Part shown: positions 8,902 to 18,700 of the stretch, piece after piece
Layout: each line of letters starts with the position of its first letter
Position numbering within the stretch: the stretch's first letter is position 1
Source of the DNA: a virus
Taxonomy: Duplodnaviria; Caudoviricetes
Reading direction: 5' to 3' (one strand)
Length of the DNA: 37,445 nt
Virus record (IMG/VR): IMGVR_UViG_3300044453_000274
Location: 1-37,445 of that record
The notes under the pieces: generated by a model
What the model was told of the DNA's origin: nothing
The model's input: the letters and a program-made list of their open reading frames with translations, nothing else
The model's database searches: none
Translations under genes and position numbers: made by a program

Positions 8902-9587
8902 TACTCCTGTGCACTGATATTTGCGCCGTTTAGTTTTAGTGTATTAGTAGCTTTTATTCCGATCCCGGCACTGGCGTCCATCTTCACATCTCCCCCAGTT
9001 GCACTAATATCGACTGTTTTACCAGATAACTTAAGCGCTTCAGTGGCTGAAACCGTGATGTTTTGTGTTGCGTTAACTGTGGCATTTGCGGAGGTAATTA
9101 CGGTGATGTCTTTTTCTGTGGTTATATTCAGTGTACCCGCAGAAACCACATCCAATGTTGCCTCTTCACCTTTTATATCAATATAGTAACGATGTTTTTC
9201 TCGGTCGTATTCGACCATAGAACCATCTTGGTATACCGTGCGCTGCACGTGTTGACGGCTCTCTTTTGCGACATCACTGGCCACATTATCTGCGTTGTGG
9301 TCTTGTTGATATAAACTTCCTAACACCACTCCTTGGGCTAAATCACCACACGGAGCAAGCACAACCACTTGTTCGCCCACCTCGGGCGCTTGCCAAGTTA
9401 AATCGTTAAACGCTTGAGCAGTAAGCCAAGGCAGCCAGGTGGTTAACCAATCTCCGATGGTGACTCTGACTCGCGCCTTTTCGTAATCTACTTCCTTCAC
9501 CGTGCCTAACGAAATTAATTTAGCAAGTCGATGCTGCATATCGGCTTGAGCTAAATTAGCTTGTAGAGGGTTGGCTATCATGATCAA
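8901..9587 (-). CDS. gpV: Baseplate spike protein V
   Basis: GTVKEVDY..ARVRV, WLPWL, PEVGEQVVVLAPCGDL and YQDGSMVEYD motifs, followed by a Thr/Ala/Val-rich beta-helix-like C-terminus. Confidence 0.93.
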   Translation of the reverse strand: MIMIANPLQANLAQADMQHRLAKLISLGTVKEVDYEKARVRVTIGDWLTTWLPWLTAQAFNDLTWQAPEVGEQVVVLAPCGDLAQGVVLGSLYQQDHNADNVASDVAKESRQHVQRTVYQDGSMVEYDREKHRYYIDIKGEEATLDVVSAGTLNITTEKDITVITSANATVNATQNITVSATEALKLSGKTVDISATGGDVKMDASAGIGIKATNTLKLNGANISAQE

Positions 9588-10186
9588 TTACTCCCATTAT
9601 CTGATGGAATGTCTTGCGCATGAGAGGTTTTAGCAATCAGCCAATGTTCACCCCCTTCGGGACCTAGGTACACTTCAGTAATAGGCGGTAAATCACACAC
9701 TTCAACGATCTCGACTTGGTAATAAAACTGCCAAGTTAACGTCGCTTTACCAATCACACTGCTTGGCTGCTTAGTAAACGCAAAATCGATATTGTTCGGA
9801 ATAAAAAATTGCCAAGGAGTGGCCATATCGTCCGCCTGCATCAGCGCTTCACATCGCTCAATCATCCCATCTAAACGCGTCAGCAGCGCATCACTGTCGG
9901 TGTGCTCTACTTCTAAGTCCAGTTGCAATGTTAATACCCGCCTATCAAGCGGGTTAGGGCTCAAATTCTTATTAGATGTTGGCCCATAAGTAACGCCGGC
10001 GTCGGCGCCTTTTGACTGCAACTCACTGGCTTGGCGCTCCGCTAAGACTTGCACACATATTTGCGCAACTTGCGTTAAATCTGGGTACGGCATGCTCGGC
10101 TTTAACAGCTCTACCTGAGCGATACCGTCAAGTCCAGATCTCAGGCACTCAAGTACCTTTCGTACTAGGGTACTACGTTGATTCAT
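9584..10186 (-). CDS. Putative tail terminator/collar protein
   Basis: Lies just before gpV. The pattern N-helix, LTLQLDLEV, LDGMIERCEALM, ATLTWQFYY resembles tail-completion proteins. Confidence 0.5.
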   Translation of the reverse strand: MNQRSTLVRKVLECLRSGLDGIAQVELLKPSMPYPDLTQVAQICVQVLAERQASELQSKGADAGVTYGPTSNKNLSPNPLDRRVLTLQLDLEVEHTDSDALLTRLDGMIERCEALMQADDMATPWQFFIPNNIDFAFTKQPSSVIGKATLTWQFYYQVEIVEVCDLPPITEVYLGPEGGEHWLIAKTSHAQDIPSDNGSN

Positions 10187-10255
10187 AGTGATTCTCTGAT
10201 TAAAAGCTCAGCCAGAATGGCTGGAAATTTAGGGCGGACGATACGACCGAAGGGG

Positions 10256-10507
10256 TTAAAGTGTTGGCTTTACAGGCCATACAACATCGTCTGGATTAGT
10301 ATAATCCTGAGGTATATCTCTTAGTGCTTGGCGATAGCTTTTAAATTCCTCAGTCAATACTTCCCCCGTTTCATTGCTTTTTGTAACATACCAATCTGTC
10401 GCTTTTAAATGAGCATCTCTAATAGCCTTAACGGTCGACCACTTACCAAACTCTAAAATATCTTCAATAGGCATTTGCGATTCTATTGAACTCAAATCTT
10501 TTTCCAT
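10256..10507 (-). CDS. Tail fibre assembly chaperone, module 4
   Basis: IRDAHLKATDWY...YRQALRDIPQ...VVWPVKP motif. Start is ATG 10507 (GGAG RBS). Confidence 0.82.
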   Translation of the reverse strand: MEKDLSSIESQMPIEDILEFGKWSTVKAIRDAHLKATDWYVTKSNETGEVLTEEFKSYRQALRDIPQDYTNPDDVVWPVKPTL

Positions 10508-10509
10508 GA

Positions 10510-11316
10510 TTATTGCTCCCATGTCGGTTTTTCTTGCGTGATATAATTTACAGAAGGCTGACCTAAGTGTGACGTATATTTTGTGTCAACTGAAATAGCG
10601 CGAGTTGAACCACAATGTGGTCTAGTGTCAACTTTTAAAGAAACTCTAGCTACCCCCTGGTTGTATCCCTGCCCAATAGAACGGTATGAAACAGGTAAAG
10701 TTGTACCTTCCATAGCTGTAGTAAGAGGGATCTCTTTTTCTAAATTATTTGGCTCTGAAATAAACACGCTTAAGCTGCTGTCATTCGCTATTTTCTTAAC
10801 TTCTAGCTGACACGCAACGGAGTCTTGATAAGAAGTCCCTGTAAATATTAAATGGTCTGTATATCCTTCTGTTGCATACATACCTCGGTGGCACATCATA
10901 AATTCAATTTTGAAGTAGTCTCCATAATCGCCATAAGTAAAATAGCTCGATGAAGGATTAAACTCCAACATATTGATGTAATATGGAGGTTGGGGGTTCG
11001 AGCAATATGGATAAGCAGAATCAGGCCCATCCGTTTCATGAGTCCACCCCCCCGTCTGTAAGACTCGTTGAAATGAAAAATGTTTTTCATTGCCTATTTT
11101 TGTTACATCAATGCCATTAATTGTTTCTACAATTGAGTTTTTCCAATTATTAAACTCTGTTTCTGCACTTGTAATTAGTTGGTCAACCTCTGCTGACTTT
11201 GTAGCTACTGCGGCATCGATATGGCCAATTTTGTCTTGTACAGTTTGGGTGAGATTATCGGCGGCGACCACCACGTCCGTGAGCCTTTGGCTCATGGGTT
11301 TTTCTTGATTTGACAT
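10510..11316 (-). CDS. Putative receptor-binding protein, module 4 (N-terminal coiled coil plus variable aromatic-rich domain)
   Basis: Sits between the fibre anchor and chaperone. The N-terminus (LTDVVVAADNLTQTVQDKI) resembles those of the other RBP genes. Confidence 0.65.
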   Translation of the reverse strand: MSNQEKPMSQRLTDVVVAADNLTQTVQDKIGHIDAAVATKSAEVDQLITSAETEFNNWKNSIVETINGIDVTKIGNEKHFSFQRVLQTGGWTHETDGPDSAYPYCSNPQPPYYINMLEFNPSSSYFTYGDYGDYFKIEFMMCHRGMYATEGYTDHLIFTGTSYQDSVACQLEVKKIANDSSLSVFISEPNNLEKEIPLTTAMEGTTLPVSYRSIGQGYNQGVARVSLKVDTRPHCGSTRAISVDTKYTSHLGQPSVNYITQEKPTWEQ

Positions 11317-11338
11317 TGTATTTCCTTAATTTGGTTAA

Positions 11339-11896
11339 TTAAGCTTGTTCAAGCGCAACCAAGCGAAGCTCTTGTTCAATTTGGCGTTGCATGGTGTTGA
11401 GTTGAACCAAGCTCATATCAGCTAACTCTCTGTCTACAATGAGATTCAGATTATCAACGCCAACTTTTACCTCCACACTCTGAGAAGGCAATTGGGCCAA
11501 CGATAAGGTTAGCCACTGAAGTACTTTTACATCTGGAGTACGGTACCCCAATGTGGTATTTGGCTTAGAATAAACCCCCAGTAAAATCAGCTCAGGCTCA
11601 CCTTCACCGCTGTCGTTTGGTGATTCAATGAATACCCCGATTTCACGAATGGCATACTCAATAGGCGCATCAAACTTGCCTGCTACTTTTAAGCTGCTGC
11701 CTTCGCCATCGGAATAATCCGTGTCGGCAATCGCGACCCGTTCTTTTTCGCCCTTCAATGCTGTTTGAGTTTTATCTGGTGTGTACGCACTGTCACCAAA
11801 TGCCATGTGGCTGATTTTGCCTTTAAAACCGCGCTGTGTGGCGGTCATCAACGCGTCTAAACCAGCTTGAGTAAATTGCAAGGTTAATGCAGACAT
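11339..11896 (-). CDS. Short tail fibre anchor (gpH N-terminal-like domain only), module 4
   Basis: FTQAGL, ISHMAFGD, YAIREIGVF and LLGVYS motifs; 185 aa ending in an amphipathic helix. Confidence 0.8.
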   Translation of the reverse strand: MSALTLQFTQAGLDALMTATQRGFKGKISHMAFGDSAYTPDKTQTALKGEKERVAIADTDYSDGEGSSLKVAGKFDAPIEYAIREIGVFIESPNDSGEGEPELILLGVYSKPNTTLGYRTPDVKVLQWLTLSLAQLPSQSVEVKVGVDNLNLIVDRELADMSLVQLNTMQRQIEQELRLVALEQA

Positions 11897-12838
11897 TTAC
11901 GTCGCTCCTTGTAGAGTAAGATAAGTAAGTTGAAGTTGAGACAGTGCAGCTGACGCCACCGTCGTAGCAGAGCATGGCTCAGGCCATACTCCTCGCCAAT
12001 TTGCTTGCGCCTCTATTGCTGCCATATTCACTTGGCCATAGCCATGTAGGTCTATGCCTGTGGCCATTGCATTTGGTACCACTCCTGTCATATCAAACGC
12101 GTGGTCTAACGTGCCAGTTCCTGTTTGACTTGCAAGCACAGCGCTCAGTGTGGCCTCGGTATCATTTGGCGTCACACCGCTAAAGTTACCTTGCTGCTGC
12201 AAAGTACCCACTCCAGGTTGCGCGTTAAGCGATGCAGCTAGATCAACATAGCCGGCATCAGGCCTCACCCCGTTGAAGACGCCTTCCTTGGAGAATAACC
12301 CCGTCCTTGCACTCGAATGTAAACCCATGCCAATTTGTTCTTTTAACGAGATCCCCAACTGAACGTCAACATGAATAGAGGCACGTTTAACGGTATCAAT
12401 TATGCGCTTAACTTGCGCAAGCATTGCTCTGGTTAGTAACCCTTCTTCGTTACTATCGAGGTTTTCGTTCACCATGGCGTTAACCACGATGGTGCCAGGC
12501 TGGGCATCTTTTTGATGCCACCACTCACGAATGTCAGTTTCAATATTTAAACTGTCTAAGGCTGTTTTTAAGGCAAACGGTGTGGCTTTGTATTGATGTA
12601 CCACGAACGCATCATCAATTATTTGTCGTTTGGTGTGCTCTGACCACGCATCGTTCCAATCATCTACCGACAACGCCCAAGCCAACCAAGGCAATAACTC
12701 GGCAGGGCAATCCTGAGGGTGCCAAATGTGTGTGAGTATGTGTGTTTGCGCAGGAGATGTTAATAATTCAGCCAGTGAGCGCATTAACATTGACGCATTG
12801 TGTGGCAACAGATCAGGTAACGCTTTAACGTCGCTCAT
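11897..12838 (-). CDS. gpI: Tail protein I, module 4, with C-terminal 31-aa repeats
   Basis: LLPHNAS and WHPQDCPAELLPWLAWALSVDDW...W.E..KR motifs. Confidence 0.92.
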   Translation of the reverse strand: MSDVKALPDLLPHNASMLMRSLAELLTSPAQTHILTHIWHPQDCPAELLPWLAWALSVDDWNDAWSEHTKRQIIDDAFVVHQYKATPFALKTALDSLNIETDIREWWHQKDAQPGTIVVNAMVNENLDSNEEGLLTRAMLAQVKRIIDTVKRASIHVDVQLGISLKEQIGMGLHSSARTGLFSKEGVFNGVRPDAGYVDLAASLNAQPGVGTLQQQGNFSGVTPNDTEATLSAVLASQTGTGTLDHAFDMTGVVPNAMATGIDLHGYGQVNMAAIEAQANWRGVWPEPCSATTVASAALSQLQLTYLTLQGAT

Positions 12839-13752
12839 TCATCACCTCGGTGCACACAAGACTTGATCACGATACCAGTACAATGTGCAACGCAGTCATT
12901 AGGGACTTTCACGTCTTTTAATGGACTTAATATTTGACCATTTTCCACACCAGGCTGATTGAGGGCGCTAAACAAGCCCATTTGGCTAATATCTCGTCCT
13001 AATAAAGTTTGCTGTGAGACATACTCGTCAAGCGCCGTTTTAACCGTTGCTTCAACACTGGATGCCGATGGCCCCGGTGCAATGACTAGGTTAACCTCAA
13101 TATCATACGGCACCACACTTGGCGAAAAAATCGACACCTTATCGCCCAACGGCCTTACTTTTGACGCGGTTTCACTCGGCCCGCTCCCATCAGGTAATAA
13201 GCCAAAATGGGTGCGTAACTTGTCAATTAATGCAGGTGAAGGCAAACCATGCTCTTCATGGCTCAGCACCGTAAGCTCTACAACACAAGGGTGTGGGCTG
13301 TGCACATACACATCTTTTACCCTCGGATCGGCTGATAAAGCATGAAACTGGTAAGCTTGCTTACTCCCCGCTGTATTTAAGCCTTCAAAGACCATTTGAA
13401 TACGGCGCCTAAAACGCGTATCGCTTTCTGCTGTATGGGTATTTAAGTCTGACGTTTGACGAGATAAATTGTATCGTGCAGCTATGGCGTCTAAATCATT
13501 CCCTGTTGCCGACGCCAACATATTACCTTTTATGGCATCATTCACTTTGCCATCGAATAACACCGCTTGATACGCCATCATTTCAAGCATAATGGTCAGA
13601 GGTTCTGACTCTAAAGTCAGAGCCTCTGCGTATTCTGGATGTTTGGTTAAGAGCTTTTCTTTAAGCGCTTTGAACTTTTGTTCATAGTCCAACACAGTGA
13701 TGCTATCGGGTAATGGTACTTTTGACATATCGAGTAAATTAAACATATTCAT
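12835..13752 (-). CDS. gpJ: Baseplate protein J, module 4
   Basis: LESEPL, MLASATGNDLD, ESDTRFRRRI, TAGSKQAY.FHALSADPRVKDV and VRPLGD motifs. Start is uncertain (13761 GTG or 13752 ATG). Confidence 0.93.
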   Translation of the reverse strand: MNMFNLLDMSKVPLPDSITVLDYEQKFKALKEKLLTKHPEYAEALTLESEPLTIMLEMMAYQAVLFDGKVNDAIKGNMLASATGNDLDAIAARYNLSRQTSDLNTHTAESDTRFRRRIQMVFEGLNTAGSKQAYQFHALSADPRVKDVYVHSPHPCVVELTVLSHEEHGLPSPALIDKLRTHFGLLPDGSGPSETASKVRPLGDKVSIFSPSVVPYDIEVNLVIAPGPSASSVEATVKTALDEYVSQQTLLGRDISQMGLFSALNQPGVENGQILSPLKDVKVPNDCVAHCTGIVIKSCVHRGDE

Positions 13753-13778
13753 CTTAAGCACCTTTTATTTTTATCCAT

Positions 13779-13802
13779 AAAAAAACCTACACAAGGTGTA
13801 GG
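13779..13802 (-). terminator. Intrinsic terminator in the leader of module 4 gpJ
   Basis: Minus strand reads CCTACAC-CTT-GTGTAGG-TTTTTTT. Confidence 0.75.
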
Positions 13803-13895
13803 CTTAATGGGTGGAGTTGGAATCTATGTAAAACAAGTTATTATTTAAAAATAACACTGCGGTCTATCTTTTCTTTGATTAACCAGCTTAGGTAT

Positions 13896-13937
13896 ATATT
13901 ACCGGTTTTTACGGTTTGAAACAGGTCAATCCTGACC
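13896..13937 (-). promoter_or_regulatory. Putative activator-dependent promoter (dyad, 22 nt, then TAATAT)
   Basis: GGTCA-N4-TGACC at 13924-13937; minus-strand TAATAT at 13901-13896. Confidence 0.6.
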
Positions 13938-14031
13938 GTTTAAAAACGGTCAGAGTAATTCATCAAAACACGGTCTGAAACGCTCACTGACAGGGTTAAT
14001 CACCCCATCAAAACTGAATTAATACCTCAGT

Positions 14032-14074
14032 AAAAAAGCCGATTTAGTTAAACATTAAAGTCAACCAAACCGGC
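14032..14074 (-). terminator. Long-stem terminator-like hairpin in repeat copy 1
   Basis: Minus strand reads GCCGGTTTGGTTGA...TTAACTAAATCGGC-TTTTTT (with G-U pairs). Confidence 0.65.
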
Positions 14075-14168
14075 CTTATCTGGGCAAAGTAGATGTATAA
14101 GCAAACCTTCAAATCAGCTTACTGTGCTAGCTGCAATCCCTTTTGAGCTTGTTGTCTAGCATAGGGGT

Positions 14169-14210
14169 ATATTAACGTTTTTTTGGGTTTGTAACAGGTC
14201 AATCCTGACC
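14169..14210 (-). promoter_or_regulatory. Putative activator-dependent promoter, second copy
   Basis: GGTCA-N4-TGACC at 14197-14210; minus-strand TAATAT at 14174-14169; spacer of 22 nt. Confidence 0.58.
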
Positions 14211-14305
14211 GTTTAAAAACCGTTAAAATGATTCATCAGAACACGGTCTGAAACGCTCACTGACAGAAGTTAATCACCCCATCACAACTAAATTAACACC
14301 TCAGC

Positions 14306-14348
14306 AAAAAAGCCGATTTAGTTAAACGTTAAAGTCAACCAAACCGGC
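14306..14348 (-). terminator. Long-stem terminator-like hairpin in repeat copy 2
   Basis: Same stem and U-tract as 14032-14074. Confidence 0.65.
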
Positions 14349-14476
14349 CTTATCTGGGCAAAGTAGATGTATAAGCAAACCTTCAAATCAGCTAACCGTG
14401 CTAGCTGCAATCTCTTTTGAGCTTGTTGTCTAGCATGTTGCCGATGAGCTTTGTGCTTGATAATGTTTCAGATAAG

Positions 14477-14499
14477 AAAAAAGGGCATTAATGCCCTTT
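14477..14499 (-). terminator. Intrinsic terminator closing module 3
   Basis: Palindrome AAAGGGCATTAATGCCCTTT with a U-tract on the minus strand, just after the 14516 stop. Confidence 0.75.
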
Positions 14500-14515
14500 G
14501 TTATGAAAATTTTTG

Positions 14516-14860
14516 TTAAATAATACTTCTAAAATGTGTTTCAACAGCGCTTTCTAATTGCGCTTGGGTTTTAAGCTCTGTGTCACTTTCAAAATGAATA
14601 TCACTTGAGGTATAACCGTTTGTGTTAGTGACATAAACAAGCGGTTCGTTGTTGTCATCTTTATGTCGCTGGCTTGGCCAATACTGCATTTCATAGTTAA
14701 CATAATGGCTTTGGTTACTGTGTGACTGTAATGTTTTATCGCTGTCTTGATTTAGCTCAATGCTGTTTGAGTTATTACAGTTTGCGCGTTTAATTTGCAC
14801 TACTGCTGCATCGTGAGAAAGCCCGTGTACGTCTGTAAATTTTGCTGTGAATGTGTTCAT
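14516..14860 (-). CDS. Hypothetical phage protein (fibre accessory?), module 3
   Basis: 114 aa ORF with an AAGGA RBS, co-oriented after the fibre gene. Confidence 0.7.
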   Translation of the reverse strand: MNTFTAKFTDVHGLSHDAAVVQIKRANCNNSNSIELNQDSDKTLQSHSNQSHYVNYEMQYWPSQRHKDDNNEPLVYVTNTNGYTSSDIHFESDTELKTQAQLESAVETHFRSII

Positions 14861-14881
14861 TTTTATCCTTAATATTTAAAA

Positions 14882-15361
14882 TTAATTGTTGATGTAAGCG
14901 TCAAATTCAAGTGTTTCAAAGGCCAATCTAAAAGGCGCACCAATGCGCTCAAGCCCTGTGTTTAAACGCTCGGCGGTGATGATGTAATTACCCGACTGTT
15001 CAAACTTGCCCTGCATTGTGATTTGGCCGTTTTGAATAGTGGCAACAAAACGTATGTCATCGACTGGTTGTGTTGCGTTAATGACTCGTTCAACCATGAC
15101 CATTAACTCGCTATCAGGGAGACCTTCGGCGTTTGCTGTGATTGTGAATGGCTCGTCTTTGGGTAGCCACCAGATAGCGCCAATTTTTTTGGCGTTGGAG
15201 CTGGTGACGGTGGTGTTTGATAATTGAATTATCAATTCGCTGCTAATGCTTCTGTCGATGTAAGTATATTCAACTATCGCACCTGAGCTTGCTTGCTCTC
15301 TAACACGCTCATTGTTAGCTGGTGTTGCGTTTATCCACTTGTTATTTCTGAAAACTTGCAT
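14882..15361 (-). CDS. Hypothetical phage protein (fibre accessory?), module 3
   Basis: 159 aa, abuts the upstream gene, AGGTGA RBS. Confidence 0.7.
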   Translation of the reverse strand: MQVFRNNKWINATPANNERVREQASSGAIVEYTYIDRSISSELIIQLSNTTVTSSNAKKIGAIWWLPKDEPFTITANAEGLPDSELMVMVERVINATQPVDDIRFVATIQNGQITMQGKFEQSGNYIITAERLNTGLERIGAPFRLAFETLEFDAYINN

Positions 15362-15763
15362 TTAATCACCTATTTCCCAAGCTAATTCTAATGAGATAGA
15401 TCGGCCGTTTTTTTGTTTGATACTGATACTTTCATCAGTTTTCCCGATGATACTTGTGTACACAGTTAATTGATCACCATCAGATTGATTGTTGATAAAT
15501 TCGTAATAGCCAATATCTACATAAAATGCATCAAACCCTCCATTCACCGATAAAGTGGCGTACGGCGATATTTGTTTGTCATCTATAAAGATTGCAACAT
15601 CTATTAGATTGCTATTTTTGCTATCAGGTAATAGCTTAGTGAGCTTAACGCGCTTACCCGGGGGCGGGGTAATTGTGAATGGTAAACCACCGAATTTATT
15701 GCCTGATAGCTCTGTCGGGCTAAAATCACTCGACGATGACAACGAGCTTACTTGTGTACTCAC
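15362..15763 (-). CDS. Hypothetical beta-rich protein coupled to the long fibre (possible fibre-tip adhesin)
   Basis: Probable GTG start at 15763 overlaps the fibre stop (TAGTG), with a GGAGA RBS. Confidence 0.65.
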   Translation of the reverse strand: MSTQVSSLSSSSDFSPTELSGNKFGGLPFTITPPPGKRVKLTKLLPDSKNSNLIDVAIFIDDKQISPYATLSVNGGFDAFYVDIGYYEFINNQSDGDQLTVYTSIIGKTDESISIKQKNGRSISLELAWEIGD

Positions 15764-18700
15764 TATTGCATCTCCCAATTTTTTTCTGAATTTAATATAA
15801 ATGTGAGCGTGCAATGTCTATCGAATAGCACGCTGGTGTCTGTAATCATGGTTGTGCCGCGCATCATTGCGATATGCTCAGCGCCATGGGTTTTAATTGT
15901 GGGTGTTACGGCCATGGCTTTTGATGTAACGACTGTTGTGCCCTCTGCTAAATTTGTGACACTGGGCAATGTAAACGTTTTGGTGGCGGTTAAATGGTTT
16001 TTACTGCTTGCGGTGAGTGTGCCGCTGGCTTTCACTGTGCGCTTTTCTGCGTAGCTTGAGATGTTGCCCTCATGTAATACGCGCCTGTTGTAGTCTGGGC
16101 CCGCGTAAATTTCGCCATTAACTCTTACATCTTTGTTAAACCAGTGGTTTGACAAAGATGTTACGTAATGACAATGATGAGAGTTTTGAGGGCCAATATC
16201 AACATAGCCGTGGTTTGTTTTAATTCTAAGTGAATTATCACTCCCTTTTGATAATTGCGTATTGCCATTTCCAAGTAACACTGCGCTGCGAAACTGAACC
16301 CATGTACTTTGATATTGCATTTTCATTGCCCAGTTATTTGCAATGTTATCTGAGCCTAAACCGCCCATTCCGATGTAACTATGTCCACCTCCTGTGTAGC
16401 TTAGGTGTAATGATGCACTATTATGACGACCACCTTCACCGAGTGAAATTCCCGCAGCCTGTTCATTGTGAGCATTGCCAGTACTCGCGCTATCGAGTGT
16501 TAGCCATGGGTTGTTTTTAGTGACTGTAATGTCACCATTTGTATTTATCGAATCTGCAAATTGCCACTTGCCGTTTGCTGTAACAAACGGCCAGTCTGAG
16601 CCGTAATTGATGACTAATCTACCTTCAGAACCAACCAAGGCACGTTTATTGCGAATCAATAAATCTTGACCGCCGTTTGTGTCAATCAATGAGTTTTCAA
16701 ATCGAGCAAGCTTGTCGCTTTTTTGGTGGTATTTATCGCTGAGCTTTGTGCCATTTTCGAAAAAACCGCCCGCATAAAATGCTGCGTTTCCTTGGGCTTT
16801 GAAAGTGCTGTCAGCACAAGCATGATATGCTCCCGCAAAACCATCAGCGTTAGAGTCCGTATACCATAAGTGGTCTATATTTGTAACACTGCCATTGGCA
16901 CAACTAACCACCCAAGCAGCGTCAGATAAAAAATTACGCCCATGCGTGGGCGTTGACTTATAAACAACTAAGTTGGCTCTTGCTTCACTAACAACCTGCG
17001 CTTTGGTTTTGCCTTCGAGTTTTGCTGAGTCTGCGGCTTTGGCGGTTTTGCCGAGATATTTACTATCAGACTCCGCTTTACTGTATACGCCTAGCTCGCC
17101 CGTTGTGGGTAAAAAGCCTTGATGAAAAACACGCTTGTCACTGCCATGACCCGCGTAAATTTCGCCACTTACTTGAATAGGTTTATTAAACCAATGCCTA
17201 GGTCTGTCTGTTTCATAATGACAATAGTTATTGTTCTGTGGGCCAACAAAAAGATAACCTTTTTCTGTGTTAAGCTTAAATGCAGCACTTTGGTTTAGTG
17301 CTGTATAATCTAAGCTACCACCTTTGATTTTGATGGGGTGATTAAACGACCATTTGCCCGTTGCGAATACATTCTCAAAATCATTACCATAATTCACATG
17401 CAAATTACTTTGTCCATCATGGGTATGACCGACAAGTGCGCGTTTATTGTGTATCTTTAAATCATTGGGGGTGAAATGAAAACCGCTTGAAGTGAGCTGT
17501 TGTAATTTGTCATGTTTATCTTGGTATTTGTCTTTTAAACTCGTCCCACCCTCAATAAAATTAGGTGATTTAACCGCGCCACGAAACTCCCAGTTGTTAT
17601 TAAGGAAATAATTCCTCGCTGTCCACTGATAATCACCGTGATCATTTCTAAAAAATGCAAAATAATCCGCACCTGCCCCTGTAGTTAATGGTGCGTTATC
17701 ACCATTGTATTCAATACCGCCACCACAACGTAATGACTGACCAACGTATACACGGCCTGCTGTTTGACCATTTGCATAATCATCTGAGCTCACGTTCAAC
17801 GTTGCCATACCGTTGCTATCAGCATTAATATTCACCGTGGTACTGGTGCCATTGTCAAAGGTGGCATTTTTAAATGTTGGTGAAGTATTTACTTGAGCAA
17901 GCCCGTTTCTCGCTTCGCTAATGACCTCTGCTTTGGTTTTTCCTTCGAGTTTTGCTGAGTCTACTGCTTTTTCTGTTTTGCCAAGGTAGTTACTATCAGA
18001 CTCTACTTTACTGTATACACCTAGCTCGCCCGTTGTAGGTAAAAAACCTTGATGAAAAACACGTTTGTTATGGCCCGAACCCGCGTAAATTTCGCCATTT
18101 ACTTGAACTTGTGTATTAAACCAGTGGTTAGTTCTGTCTGTTTCATAATGACAATGGATATTGTTCTGCGGTCCAATAAATAAATAGCCATTTTCTGTGT
18201 TTAGCTTAAACGTATTACCGTACCCGCCTGATTTATAATCTAAGCTACCACCTTTGATTTTGATGGGGTGATTAAACGACCATTTGCCCGTTGCGAATAC
18301 ATTCTCAAAATCATTACCATAATTCACATGCAAATTACTTTGTCCATCATGGGTATGACCGACAAGTGCGCGTTTATTGTGTATCTTTAAATCATTGGGG
18401 GTGAAATGAAAACCGCTTGAAGTGAGCTGTTGTAATTTGTCATGTTTATCTTGGTATTTGTCTTTTAAACTCGTCCCACCCTCAATAAAATTAGGTGATT
18501 TAACCGCGCCGCGAAATTCCCAGTCGTTGTTTGAATGTAAGTTTTTAGCAGTCCAATGTAATTGGCCTTGGCTTCTTCTAAACAACGTAACATAGTCAGC
18601 ACCCGCGCCCGTCGTTACTGGGTTATTGTTACCGTTGTACTCAATGCCACCACCATGCCGGAGCGATTGCCCCACATATACACGACCTGTGGTTTGTGCA

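Larger units (their letters stand above)
13891..14436. repeat. Tandem direct duplication, ~273-bp unit, non-coding
   Basis: ACAGGTCAATCCTGACCGTTTAAAAAC occurs at 13921 and 14194. Both copies end GAGCTTGTTGTCTAGCAT (14162 and 14436), with scattered substitutions between them. Confidence 0.95.

Noticed and set aside
1-10186. Afp/PVC/MAC-type eCIS or T6SS
   Set aside because: The components are P2-like (short gpJ, gpI, U, X, D, E/E'). I see no AAA+ ATPase and no TssJLM/ClpV-like genes.
13891-14436. CRISPR array or IS/MITE
   Set aside because: Only two 273-bp units, with no repeat-spacer pattern, no terminal inverted repeats and no transposase.
17304-18510. Diversity-generating retroelement TR/VR pair
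   Set aside because: No reverse transcriptase is present. Both copies are in-frame inside one gene and lack adenine-specific mismatches.
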